From contig JALNLN010000003.1 in the NCBI GenBank assembly GCA_023267855.1, forward strand, positions 19,452-83,451: DNA of 64,000 nucleotides, written 5' to 3'. The position numbers were made by a program, and so were the translations under genes. The notes under the pieces were generated by a model, which saw only the letters and a list, made by a program, of their open reading frames with translations, searched no databases and was not told the origin of the DNA. The DNA is from Candidatus Geocrenenecus dongiae (GTDB lineage Archaea; Thermoproteota; Nitrososphaeria_A; Caldarchaeales; Wolframiiraptoraceae). Positions 1-9,641 of the stretch are shown piece by piece (the first letter of the stretch is position 1; the number at the start of each line of letters is the position of its first letter).

Positions 1-176
1 GAATAATAATAGAGTACACGGTCGAAGAAAAGAAATAAGGGAATAATCTAGTGAACTAAAATATGTTAATTTAACATGAATGCTTAAAGATGAACCCTGG
101 GTTTCGAACTCTTATAGGAGTTGTTTATTAGGTAGTTTGATGAACAATCCTCAGAAGAAAGTAGGTTGGAGAATAA

Positions 177-1715
177 ATGTCTGAAAACTACGTAGTAGAC
201 CACTCGGCTCTACAGCTAAATGTAGTACCATATCTAGTAGAAGAAGGAATAGTTAGAGGTAGAGTAGTAATCCCCAAGATAATCTTATTGAAGATTGAAA
301 AAGACTCTTCAGAAGGAGATACACTCTCATTAAAAGGTTTAGAAGAATTGGAGAAGGTTTGTAGAACTCACAGTTTAGAAGTAGTATATGTTGATAGTGG
401 GGTAACATCTCTAGAAAACTTTAAGTTAGAAGTAATAGAAGAAGCGAAAAAGCTTAACGCTAAGTTGATTACTTGTGAGCCTCTTACAGCTAAACTTGCA
501 GAAGCTATAGGTTTAGAAGTTGTTTATAAACTACCTCCACCCCTATTCAATATAAATGAACTGTTTACACATGATGTGATGAGTGTACACTTGAAAGAAG
601 GGCTAACACCGAGAGTTAAGAAAGGGTTTCCGGGAAGATGGAAACTTGTAGAAGTTTCTAATAAACCTCTTAAACGTGAAGATCTAGAGTTGCTGATAGC
701 TCATCTGATGGAGGAGGCATACAACTCGTTCGGTGTAAACGCTTTCCTAGAAGTTGATAAACCTAATGTAAAGATCTTCCAGCTTAGAGATTATAGGATA
801 GTTGCTACTAGACCACCGTTCTCAGATGGTTTTGAGCTAACGATAGTTAAACCACTCATGAAGAAGGCTCTAAGAGATTATAGTCTCCCAGAAGAAGTTG
901 TAGAGAGATTGGAGAGTCATGCTGAAGGTATACTGATAGCTGGACCGCCAGGTATGGGTAAGTCTACGTTCGCTCAAGCACTAGCAGAACACTACAAACA
1001 GATGAATAAGATTGTTAAGACTATTGAGAGTCCACGAGATCTACACGTCTCATCTGAGATTACCCAGTACTCGAAATCTGCTTCCAAGCAAGATGAACTG
1101 CACGATGTTCTCCTCCTAAGTAGACCAGACTATACTATATTCGATGAAATTAGAGGACCAGAAGATTTCGATCTATTCATAGATTTAAGATTCGCAGGAA
1201 TAGGTATGGTGGGAGTTATACATGCTACTACACCCATAGATGCTATACAGAGGATAGCGAATAAGGTGGACGTAGGTCTAATTCCATCAATAATAGATAC
1301 AGTAATCTTCATGGATAAAGGAGAGGTTTCACAGATATATACATTAGAAATGACTGTAAAAGTTCCAGAAGGTTTAAGAAAAGCAGATCTAGCTAGACCT
1401 ACAGTTATTGTTAAAGACTTCTTAACAGGAGAACCAAAATATGAATTATATGTTTTCGGTGAGAGAACCTTTGTAGTCCCCGTTAAGAAAGTTAGGAGAA
1501 TGGAGGAGAGCTATCCAGTAAAACAGATCTCAAACATACTTAATAAATACATTCCAGAATATAAGATAGAGGAAGATGAAGACACCATCAGAATATATGT
1601 GCCAGATAAGTATTACAGAACATACCTTAGAAAGTGTCAGAACAAGCTCTTAAAAATTGCTAGAAGACTTGAAGTAAACATAGAAGCGGTACCGAGAGTA
1701 ATGGATAGATCCTAG
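177..1715 (+). CDS. PIN/PilT-N-like N-terminus, central P-loop ATPase (GPPGMGKST), C-terminal KH-like region; resembles archaeal PilT-family ATPase with PIN and KH domains (COG1855-like).
   Basis: 512 aa ORF with Walker A GPPGMGKST; domain order and length match the COG1855 family. Motif-level only. Confidence 0.5.
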   Translation: MSENYVVDHSALQLNVVPYLVEEGIVRGRVVIPKIILLKIEKDSSEGDTLSLKGLEELEKVCRTHSLEVVYVDSGVTSLENFKLEVIEEAKKLNAKLITCEPLTAKLAEAIGLEVVYKLPPPLFNINELFTHDVMSVHLKEGLTPRVKKGFPGRWKLVEVSNKPLKREDLELLIAHLMEEAYNSFGVNAFLEVDKPNVKIFQLRDYRIVATRPPFSDGFELTIVKPLMKKALRDYSLPEEVVERLESHAEGILIAGPPGMGKSTFAQALAEHYKQMNKIVKTIESPRDLHVSSEITQYSKSASKQDELHDVLLLSRPDYTIFDEIRGPEDFDLFIDLRFAGIGMVGVIHATTPIDAIQRIANKVDVGLIPSIIDTVIFMDKGEVSQIYTLEMTVKVPEGLRKADLARPTVIVKDFLTGEPKYELYVFGERTFVVPVKKVRRMEESYPVKQISNILNKYIPEYKIEEDEDTIRIYVPDKYYRTYLRKCQNKLLKIARRLEVNIEAVPRVMDRS

Positions 1716-1793
1716 TTACAGCGTATCGTTGCGTTAACTTAGAACTGGGAGAACGATGAATACCGTCATCTTAGAGTTGGCTAAATAATTCTT

Positions 1794-3167
1794 CTAACTA
1801 ATTCTAGATGATTCTAATTCTGATTTTATTTTCTCAAGTTTTCTAACTACTTCTACAGCGTCTTCACCAAAGATTATGATCATCGGTTCTTTTCCCCAAT
1901 CTCCTAGATGGTAGATCATGTCTACGGGTTTTCCTCCAGTTTTCTCTAAAGCGGTCTTCACACCCCAGGGTATACTGTATCCCTCGATCTTCTTTATTTC
2001 TGGAGGTTCTTCTCTCCTATCATAACTAGAGACAGACATTCCTAGCTTGATAGCTGTCTTAACAATCTCCTCGCTATACTTTATGTTCATGGCAGCTCTA
2101 ATATATGGAAAATAATTCATAACTGTCAGTACGGCTCTAGCTACATGTTTAGAAGCATTAAACCATGGATGAGATGAAGCTTTGACATTCTTATCTATCT
2201 TTACTATTCTCCCAGGTATTCCAGCTACATCATACAGGGTTTCCGCACCTTCAATAGCCATGACTAGGTTGCTTTGAGATTCAGGGATAAATTCTGAAGC
2301 CCATTCAGATTTCTCCAAGCTTTCTAAAGCTTTTCTAATATTTTCAAGTACATGGAATCTTTCAGAGTACTCAAATATTTTTCCAGTCGGGTTTACTGGA
2401 CCATGGCCTCCACCTATTGGTAAACCATATTTTATAGCGTCTGTAACAAATCTTTTCGCAGTCTTTACAGCATTAGGTATATCGTATCCTTTTGCTAGCT
2501 GGGCAGCTATAGCTGATGCGAAAGTGCATCCAGTTCCATGCGTATTCCTCGTCTCCACTCTTTCTCCACTATACACTCTGAACTCTCCATCATAGTATAA
2601 TACATCTGAAACTATGCTTGAATTTATGTGTCCACCTTTGACTACTACTGATCTTGGACCTAGATCGGCGATTAATCTAGCCGCTTTCTTCTGATCTTCC
2701 AAGTTCTCTATCTTTATACCGCTTAAAGCTTCTGCTTCTCTAGCGTTTGGTGTAACTATTGTTGCTATGGGTATCAATTTTTCTATGAGTGTTTTCATAG
2801 CTTCTTCCCTGAGTAGGCGTGCTCCACTCTTAGCTATCATGACGGGATCTACAACTATCGGTGTATCTATCTTCTCTAATTCTTCAACTACCGTAGATAT
2901 TATCTCAGCTGTATGGAGCATACCTGTCTTCACAGCATCTACACCGATATCTTCAACAACTACTCTAATCTGTTCTCTAACCATCTCAACTGGTACATCG
3001 TGGATCATCGTCACAGTCCTAGTATTTTGAGCTGTGATAGAAGTTATAGCAGACATTCCATGTACGCCGAGAGCTGCAAAAGTTTTGAGATCGGCTTGTA
3101 TACCTGCACCTCCACCAGAATCAGATCCAGCTATAGTTAAAGCACGTGGAATCTTCTTCATAACCAA
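1794..3167 (-). CDS. thiDN: Bifunctional hydroxymethylpyrimidine/phosphomethylpyrimidine kinase fused to a thiamine-phosphate synthase ThiN-like C-terminal domain (ThiDN).
   Basis: N-terminus [20 protein letters not shown] is the ThiD/PfkB-type signature; 457 aa matches archaeal ThiD-ThiN fusions. The C-terminal ThiN assignment is inferred from length only. Confidence 0.6.
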   Translation of the reverse strand: MVMKKIPRALTIAGSDSGGGAGIQADLKTFAALGVHGMSAITSITAQNTRTVTMIHDVPVEMVREQIRVVVEDIGVDAVKTGMLHTAEIISTVVEELEKIDTPIVVDPVMIAKSGARLLREEAMKTLIEKLIPIATIVTPNAREAEALSGIKIENLEDQKKAARLIADLGPRSVVVKGGHINSSIVSDVLYYDGEFRVYSGERVETRNTHGTGCTFASAIAAQLAKGYDIPNAVKTAKRFVTDAIKYGLPIGGGHGPVNPTGKIFEYSERFHVLENIRKALESLEKSEWASEFIPESQSNLVMAIEGAETLYDVAGIPGRIVKIDKNVKASSHPWFNASKHVARAVLTVMNYFPYIRAAMNIKYSEEIVKTAIKLGMSVSSYDRREEPPEIKKIEGYSIPWGVKTALEKTGGKPVDMIYHLGDWGKEPMIIIFGEDAVEVVRKLEKIKSELESSRIS

Positions 3168-3227
3168 ATAAATCTAAAACTTAAGATATTAATAAATTGT
3201 TTACGGCCAGATAATTTAACATTATGT

Positions 3228-3773
3228 TTACTCATAGAAATGTATTACGAGGTCCATTTTCTCCTTAAGTTTATCAGTGACTGTTTTCTCTCTTTCAGAT
3301 ATTCCCGATCCTTTATCATCTCTAAGTTTTACTCCACTGTACGCTGTAGCCATGAATGTTTTAGACAACTCTATAGCTTTAAGCATCTTTTCTAAATCTC
3401 CAGTGTGAAGATATATTGTTAGGTCGTTTATCAAGAGGATGTTCGTTGGATTTAATATGTAGGTATCTAGTAAGGGTTCGATATTCTTCCTATTCTCTTC
3501 ACAGTACCTAGAAACCTCGAGAGCATCTCTACCCATTAGTCTAGGTGCGTAAACAATAGGAGGTCTCAGATACCTAATCCCGCCAAGATCCTTCAAGTAC
3601 TCTTTCACAGATCCACCTACACCTTGAAACCTGTTTGGAGCCATATCTATCAATGTTACCTCTTTCTCGTAACCAGATTCTAAAAGATACTCAATAAACC
3701 TGGCTAGGAACTTTGTCTTCCCAGTTCCTACTTCTCCAGTAAGTAGTGTCTTCCTGCCGATGAATTCTCTCAA
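3228..3773 (-). CDS. Small P-loop NTPase or kinase (Walker A GEVGTGKT), function unknown; may be co-transcribed with the upstream cDPGS-like gene.
   Basis: 181 aa; Walker A motif; 6-nt spacing to the upstream minus-strand gene. Confidence 0.4.
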   Translation of the reverse strand: MREFIGRKTLLTGEVGTGKTKFLARFIEYLLESGYEKEVTLIDMAPNRFQGVGGSVKEYLKDLGGIRYLRPPIVYAPRLMGRDALEVSRYCEENRKNIEPLLDTYILNPTNILLINDLTIYLHTGDLEKMLKAIELSKTFMATAYSGVKLRDDKGSGISEREKTVTDKLKEKMDLVIHFYE

Positions 3774-3779
3774 CTCTAT

Positions 3780-5108
3780 CTAACCTCTCAGTACTCCAGC
3801 TGTACGTAATACATCTTCTAGATCTGGCTTAGAAATTTCTTCAAGTTCGTATCTAACTTTAACGTAAGGTTTACTTAACTTAAGTATCCTGGAGAGATCT
3901 ATCGGTGTTCCCGAAACAATTACATCGTAATCTATTCTCTGTATTGTTTCATTGAGATCCTTTATCTGTTGAGGATTGTAGCCCATGGCCGGGAGGACTG
4001 GACCTATATGAGTATACTGTTCATAGACTTCCATCAGGGAGCCTACAGCGAATCTTCTCGGATCAACTATCTCTCTTGCACCATACTTCACAGCAGCCAC
4101 ATATCCTATAGAATAACTCATCCCACCGTGAGTAACCGTTGGACCATCTTCTATTACAAGCACTCTCTTATCTTTTATGAGATCTGGATCTGAAACATGT
4201 AGTCTAGAAGATGCTTTGATTATAGTAGCTCTACTGTTAAGTTTCCTTACGTTCTCTTCTATTATCTTGACGTCTTCAGGTTTCGCTGAATTAACTTTGT
4301 TTATCAAAACTACGTCCGCCATTCTAACGTTCGCTTCTCCAGGATATGTTGAAATTTCTTGGTATGGTCTTAAAGCATCTGCAACGGTTATCATTAAGGT
4401 TGGTTTGAAGAACGGGAAATCATTATTTCCACCATCCCAGATTATCACATCTACGTTCTTTGAAGCTTCTTCCAACACTTTCCCATAATCTACTCCAGCG
4501 TAAACAACGTTCCCCATTTCTATGTGTGGTTCATACTCTTCTCTCTCTTCTATAGTACATTCGTATCTATCTAGATCCTCGAATGAAGAAAATCTCTGAA
4601 CAGGATACTTCAAGACCTTACTATAAGGCATCGGGTGTCTAACAACGTTAAACCTAACATCATACTTCTTTAGTATTGATGCTATCCTCCTCGTTACCGT
4701 ACTCTTACCGGCACCTGTTCTAACCGCTGTAACAGCAATAACTGGAATTGGAGATTTAAGCATAGTGTGTTTTGGTCCAAGTAGAATAAAAGAAGCTCCA
4801 GCAGCTATTACTCTCGAAGCTTTATGCATTACATCTTCATGTGTTAGATCACTGTAAGCTAGAACGACGAAGTCTACGTCTTTTTCTTTAATCAATTCTT
4901 CTAGCATATCTTCCGGATACACAGGTATTCCTTCTGGATAGTTTCTACCAGCTAGCTCTGGAGGATATATTCTTCCACTTATGCCGGGTATCTGGGCGGC
5001 TGTAAAAGCAACAACTTGATAATAATCATTATCTCTGAAATATACGTTAAAGTTATGGAAATCTCTACCAGCTGCACCCATTATTATAACTCTCTTCTTA
5101 ACACCCAT
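3780..5108 (-). CDS. COG2403-family P-loop protein resembling cyclic 2,3-diphosphoglycerate synthetase (cDPGS).
   Basis: 442 aa; N-terminal IIMGAAGRDFHNFN; internal Walker A TGAGKST. Size and motifs fit the cDPGS family. Not verified by search. Confidence 0.45.
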   Translation of the reverse strand: MGVKKRVIIMGAAGRDFHNFNVYFRDNDYYQVVAFTAAQIPGISGRIYPPELAGRNYPEGIPVYPEDMLEELIKEKDVDFVVLAYSDLTHEDVMHKASRVIAAGASFILLGPKHTMLKSPIPVIAVTAVRTGAGKSTVTRRIASILKKYDVRFNVVRHPMPYSKVLKYPVQRFSSFEDLDRYECTIEEREEYEPHIEMGNVVYAGVDYGKVLEEASKNVDVIIWDGGNNDFPFFKPTLMITVADALRPYQEISTYPGEANVRMADVVLINKVNSAKPEDVKIIEENVRKLNSRATIIKASSRLHVSDPDLIKDKRVLVIEDGPTVTHGGMSYSIGYVAAVKYGAREIVDPRRFAVGSLMEVYEQYTHIGPVLPAMGYNPQQIKDLNETIQRIDYDVIVSGTPIDLSRILKLSKPYVKVRYELEEISKPDLEDVLRTAGVLRG

Positions 5109-5291
5109 CTCAAATAATTAGATGCGAAACTACAACAATAATCTTGCTCATCAAAGAGAGACTCTTCTAGAAGCAAAAACATTCTTCATAAGTTTTCTTC
5201 ATTAGTAGATCTTTCTTCAAAGATAGATATATAGTGTATCAGGCACTTATACTATGATTTATAAGATTCCTTAAAAGGTTAGGTTGATGGT

Positions 5292-5879
5292 ATGAAGAGT
5301 AGGATTATAGCTTTGGTAGCTGTTTACGTAGCTCTCGGAGTTACTCTAGCACCATTCTTATGGTTCCAGTTTATTACAACTAAAGCATATCCTACACAGC
5401 ACTTCATAAATACTCTTTCTGGAACTACTCTTGGACCATGGTGGGCAACGTTAGTAGCAGTATTCATAGGGGTTATTAGAAACATGCTGGGGATAGGAAC
5501 AATATACGCTTTCCCAGGCGGCATACCTGGAGCGATACTTGTAGGCTTAGGATTCAGATTAACTAGAAGATTTAAGAATAGATGGGCTAAGTATTCTGCA
5601 GCATTCCTAGAACCTGTGGGAACGGTTCTCATAGGTGGAACAACCTCTCTGCTATTAATCGCTCCACTCATCGGAGATATGAGATTTCTATCATTAATAG
5701 AAGAGAGAGGTTTATGGAATGTCTTAATTTTCTTCTGGGCTGGATGGTCTGCAAGTTCTGTACCAGGGTCTATAATAGGGTACGTTACATTAGTTACACT
5801 CGATAAACTAGGTGTTATATCTACACTTGTAACCCCATTAACTGTTAAAGAAAAGCTACCCGTTGCAAAGATGAAGTAG
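5292..5879 (+). CDS. Polytopic membrane protein, possibly an ECF-type substrate-specific (S) component (ThiW/BioY-like).
   Basis: 195 aa, 5-6 predicted TM helices, glycine-rich motifs (FPGGIPGAILVGLGF). Lies near thiDN. Weak call. Confidence 0.35.
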   Translation: MKSRIIALVAVYVALGVTLAPFLWFQFITTKAYPTQHFINTLSGTTLGPWWATLVAVFIGVIRNMLGIGTIYAFPGGIPGAILVGLGFRLTRRFKNRWAKYSAAFLEPVGTVLIGGTTSLLLIAPLIGDMRFLSLIEERGLWNVLIFFWAGWSASSVPGSIIGYVTLVTLDKLGVISTLVTPLTVKEKLPVAKMK

Positions 5880-5956
5880 AATGTTTTCTATATTCTGTTT
5901 TCTAGACTTCTTTAGAGTTTGCTCAAAATTTAGAAGAATCTTAATTTTCATCAAGG

Positions 5957-6382
5957 TTAACGTTTAATCCAGACATAGACATCACTTGTATAGAAGTTTA
6001 TTATTACTCCTATGCCTACAGCGATTACGTAGGAGAAAAATTCATTTAGCTTTAGTATATCTACCATTACGTAGAGTGTTCCAAGAGTTACGAGCAGTCC
6101 AAGGATTCTGGAAGCATGGAATAGAGAGAACCTAACCCATAACCTCGTCTTCTTCCTATCTCGGAAAGTCCATATATCATTGAGGATGAAATTGTTTATT
6201 ATAGCTAGTTCCGTAGCTAAGGCTCCTGAGATAATGTAATGTATGTGGAGATAATCGTTGAATAATATGTAGAAGAGAAGATTTACCACGACACCTACTC
6301 CACCAACAACATTAAATTTTAAGAATTCTGTAGATATGATCTTCTTCACTACTTTCTCAATAAGCTTCAGGATAAAACTCAT
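5957..6382 (-). CDS. GtrA-family membrane protein (polysaccharide or lipid-sugar flippase-associated).
   Basis: 141 aa, 4 TM; FNVVGGVGVVVNLLFYILF plus a basic C-terminus, typical of GtrA. Confidence 0.55.
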   Translation of the reverse strand: MSFILKLIEKVVKKIISTEFLKFNVVGGVGVVVNLLFYILFNDYLHIHYIISGALATELAIINNFILNDIWTFRDRKKTRLWVRFSLFHASRILGLLVTLGTLYVMVDILKLNEFFSYVIAVGIGVIINFYTSDVYVWIKR

Positions 6383-6402
6383 ATCTTATTTATCCTCGGC
6401 AA

Positions 6403-7242
6403 TTACAAGTAGAGTTCTCTACATTTCTCAAGATTTGTAGCGAAATCTCCTCTCGAATCTACTGGTGTTTCTAGTATTAATGGTAAATCTCTGATCCAAG
6501 GATGATGGAAGAGTTCTCTAAACCCGTTCTCTCCTATCTTCCCCATTCCAATATGTTCATGCCTATCCAAATGGCTTCCAAGATCTCCCTTAGAATCATT
6601 TATATGCACAACTTTCAGTAGCTTAATACCTATGATCTGATCAAAATCATTTAAAGTATTATCAATAGCTTCTCTTGTTCTAAGATCGTATCCAGCAGCG
6701 AACGCATGACATGTATCTAGACATACTCCAACTCTATCCGGATACTCTATCAGATTCAGAATCCTCTTTACATCTTCGAATCTCGATCCAACACTATTCT
6801 TCTGACCAGCCATATTCTCTAAAAGAATCATAACACTGCCCTCAACTTTAGAGAGAGCTGTATTAACAGCTTCAGCAGCCCTCTTAATTCCTACATCTAA
6901 TCCTTTCCCTAGATGGCTTCCAATATGTACTACAAGATAATTTAATCCAAGTAAGTTTGTTCTCTCGAATTCTTCTATTAGAGATTTTACAGATTTCTTG
7001 AATGTTTGTTGTTGTGGTGAAGAGATGTTTGGAAGATACGGCATATGAGAGACAGCTACTCTAAACCCATACTTCTTCATCTTCTCTCTAAAATCTTCTA
7101 CTTCTTCATCAGTTAGTTTCTTCGCTTTCCAACCTCTCGGATTCCTCGTAAATATTTGGAAGGTAGTACATTTGAGTTCTACAGCTCTATCAACTGCTTT
7201 ATCTATGGTTCCAGAAATTGATACATGGGCTCCCAGAAGCAT
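6403..7242 (-). CDS. nfo: Endonuclease IV (AP endonuclease family 2).
   Basis: 279 aa; metal-ligand motifs VVHIGSH, LLENMAG, CLDTCHAFAAGYD and HINDSK. Confidence 0.8.
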   Translation of the reverse strand: MLLGAHVSISGTIDKAVDRAVELKCTTFQIFTRNPRGWKAKKLTDEEVEDFREKMKKYGFRVAVSHMPYLPNISSPQQQTFKKSVKSLIEEFERTNLLGLNYLVVHIGSHLGKGLDVGIKRAAEAVNTALSKVEGSVMILLENMAGQKNSVGSRFEDVKRILNLIEYPDRVGVCLDTCHAFAAGYDLRTREAIDNTLNDFDQIIGIKLLKVVHINDSKGDLGSHLDRHEHIGMGKIGENGFRELFHHPWIRDLPLILETPVDSRGDFATNLEKCRELYL

Positions 7243-7322
7243 GTTCTCTCTAGAGAAATTAGTTATAAGGTGAACATTAAGATTTCTGATAAATCCCCAT
7301 AAGATAGTGATTAGGATATTCT

Positions 7323-7586
7323 CTAGTTACTTCCATCACTCTTCCATACTCTTGAGTTTCTATCTTGGATACTCTGTTTCTCTCTTTTTAATTTCTGTAT
7401 TTCTGTTTTCAGAGCTACAAGTTTCTCACGTGCTTTAGATGGGTTTGGTGTTTCGTAGAGAATTATGCTCTGGTCAAGCTTGATTAACTCTCCACATCTA
7501 AAACACTGGAAACATTTCTCGGCATACGTTATCTGTATATGTCCACATTTTTTACAGATAACTACTTTATATCTTCTAGAAACCAT
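7323..7586 (-). CDS. Small zinc-ribbon protein with a C-terminal coiled coil.
   Basis: CKKCGH...CFQCFRCGE forms a CxxC...CxxC ribbon; 87 aa. Confidence 0.35.
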   Translation of the reverse strand: MVSRRYKVVICKKCGHIQITYAEKCFQCFRCGELIKLDQSIILYETPNPSKAREKLVALKTEIQKLKREKQSIQDRNSRVWKSDGSN

Positions 7587-7635
7587 ACTCTCCTGAAAAT
7601 TTACTATACTTCTTCTCTCTATAAAAATTAGTTTC

Positions 7636-8700
7636 TCACGTTATCTTTGCAACGTTCTCCATTATCTCGGATACTGGTATATTGTATTCTATCCCGAAAG
7701 ATATTGCTGAAAGGTTTTTCACTTCAAATTCTTTAAGTTTTATGAATGAGAGGATTACAGCTTGCTTAAAGATGCTTTCGAGGAATGTCTTCCTAACAGT
7801 CTTCAATAATCGTTCTCTAAACCATTTCTCGACGGAATCCACTAATAATACTGGTTTAGATGTATCTATGTTTCTTAAAACATCTTCATAAACTGTTTTG
7901 CTTATTTCTCCTAAAACCTCTTCTATCTTCATTGCTTGTATAAGTTTTTCTACATCTTTTTTACTTAGATTGATTCCCTGAGGTAGCATGAACTTCCTCA
8001 TTTCTGCTGATGTTAAACCCCACATCTTAGCTCTAAGAGAAGCTGTAATCAAGTAGCAATCTAACTCATATGTAACTATCTCACTTAAACTTTTTCTCTC
8101 ATCTCTATTTATCTTCTTAAGCTCACTCAGAATATTTTCGTAGAAGTATCTGTCCAAGAAGACTTCGAATACTAATGGATCTTTTTCTTTATTGTACAAT
8201 TCAAGTGCTTGAGATATGTCTTTGTAGAAAGGTGTTTTCTTCAAAGTTTCCACAGCCTTCTCTAAATCTTTTTCAGCAACCATCTTCACCAAAACATCTC
8301 TAACACCAAGTAGTTCAGCCGATCTTAGATTAAGCCCATGATATATTTCTTCATACCCAATCCCTAGAGCTTTAGCTTTAAGCACAGTTTTCATGTTTTT
8401 ATAAATATGACGTTTAAAATATGTTTCAAAGAAAACTGGTCTCGGAAGATATCTAATTAAAGAAAACTCTATGTCTATCAAACTATTTTCAAAAATCTTC
8501 TCTAGATTTCTAGATGTGAGAGGTTTAGGAATCTCTGTAATATATTGACCGTAGATTGTCGGTCTGAGTTTTTCTAAGAATTCTTCGAGAGTTCTTGATT
8601 TAGCGAGCTCCTCGTAAGTAGAATACTCTAGTAGCATTCCTTTAAGAGCATAAGATTTAACTATTGGGTAGAGTTTACCTAGCTTTATTTTTTGAATCAT
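7636..8700 (-). CDS. All-helical protein resembling A/V-type ATP synthase subunit C (the V0 d-subunit family).
   Basis: 354 aa; the segment TLEEFLEKLRPTIYGQYI ... RNLEKIFENSLIDIEFSLIRY resembles the conserved N-terminal region of V-ATPase d/C subunits. No other ATPase subunit lies in the window. Confidence 0.4.
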   Translation of the reverse strand: MIQKIKLGKLYPIVKSYALKGMLLEYSTYEELAKSRTLEEFLEKLRPTIYGQYITEIPKPLTSRNLEKIFENSLIDIEFSLIRYLPRPVFFETYFKRHIYKNMKTVLKAKALGIGYEEIYHGLNLRSAELLGVRDVLVKMVAEKDLEKAVETLKKTPFYKDISQALELYNKEKDPLVFEVFLDRYFYENILSELKKINRDERKSLSEIVTYELDCYLITASLRAKMWGLTSAEMRKFMLPQGINLSKKDVEKLIQAMKIEEVLGEISKTVYEDVLRNIDTSKPVLLVDSVEKWFRERLLKTVRKTFLESIFKQAVILSFIKLKEFEVKNLSAISFGIEYNIPVSEIMENVAKIT

Positions 8701-8703
8701 AGT

Positions 8704-9033
8704 TTACCGACCTTCTAGAACTTTGTTTAAAACTTTCTCAACTATCTCGTCGAATCTTTCATTAAATCTTTGTTCTATGGTTTTTATTTCGGATTCAGCT
8801 TTCTTGAAAATCTCTTCTGCTTGCCTGCCAGCTTCTTCTTCAACTTCACGGAGAATCTTTTCGACTTCATTTCTAACTTCTCTTAAAACCTTCTCTCTTA
8901 CATTAGCTAATTCTATCTCTAGATCATCCATAAACCTTCTCTTAAAATCCTCACTCTTAGATAGTACTTCATCCAACTTCTTCTCAAACATCTCAATTAA
9001 CGATAAAACAGAAGATAAAACATCACCACTCAT
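8704..9033 (-). CDS. Coiled-coil protein, possibly an ATP synthase peripheral-stalk subunit (H/G-like).
   Basis: 109 aa, highly charged heptad-like sequence, 3 nt upstream of the subunit C-like gene. Confidence 0.3.
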   Translation of the reverse strand: MSGDVLSSVLSLIEMFEKKLDEVLSKSEDFKRRFMDDLEIELANVREKVLREVRNEVEKILREVEEEAGRQAEEIFKKAESEIKTIEQRFNERFDEIVEKVLNKVLEGR

Positions 9034-9236
9034 AATCTACGCAAGAATAATAGAAAAAGATCATATTTAAATTATAAACAAACATAACAAAACACAGAAA
9101 TGCAGAAAACAAACTACAGACACAGACAAATAAGAAGAACCATCTTAAATAACTACTTAAAATTTAATATTGAGTTTTATTCTAATCCCGAGAGATTTAT
9201 AAGTAACAGTATGCATATTCTCCATGAATAAGCATC

Positions 9237-9362
9237 AGCCCGGTCGTCTAGCGGCCAAACTATGCTGGTCAGATATTATGTAGGGTCAGGGATCCCGGGC
9301 TTTGGATCATTGGCCGCTTGAGAAGAAACCCGGGGACGCCGGTTCGAATCCGGCCCGGGCTA
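9237..9362 (+). tRNA. tRNA-Gln(TTG) with a canonical anticodon-loop intron and a second ~30-nt insertion in the D-arm/position-26 region.
   Basis: Acceptor AGCCCGG (9237-9243) pairs with CCGGGCT (9355-9361); discriminator A73 and the A1-U72 pair are typical of archaeal tRNA-Gln. T-arm is GCCGG-TTCGAAT-CCGGC. Anticodon stem CCGGG (9295-9299) pairs with CCCGG (9329-9333); loop CTTTGG gives anticodon TTG at 9302-9304. The 37/38 intron of about 22 nt lies at 9306-9327. The 5' half has about 50 nt where about 19 are expected. Confidence 0.65.
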
Positions 9363-9641
9363 AATCTTCACATCATTTAACATCGTTTATGCTAGCAGTA
9401 TGAAAACATTCTTCTAATCTTCGTAGTTTACCGTTTTCAACAATCTCTTACGTAGAGAGATTTAGATAGTTTAGTGGGGTTGATGTACCTATTATCTGTT
9501 ATAATGATATTGTCTTCTCTTCTTATACTATTCTTCATCGTAAAGTCCTTGATTTAGAAAAGATATAAAGAGATTATGGAACCGTACCTCGGCTATCCCG
9601 ATACTATAATGTTTTCAGACGTGTTTATGGGAAGGTGTAGA

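Noticed and set aside
5109-5291. Looked for a TPP riboswitch upstream of the ThiW-like gene.
   Set aside because: No conserved TPP-riboswitch core (CUGAGA / ACCUGAUCUGGAUAAUGC-like elements) is visible.
5324-5671. 115-aa minus-strand ORF overlapping the membrane protein gene at 5292-5879.
   Set aside because: Entirely embedded antisense to a plausible membrane protein ORF, with no motif.
8723-9070. 115-aa plus-strand ORF overlapping the coiled-coil gene 8704-9033.
   Set aside because: It is antisense to a charged coiled-coil ORF that is positioned as the first gene of the minus-strand cluster, and its composition is Ser/Leu-rich and low in complexity.
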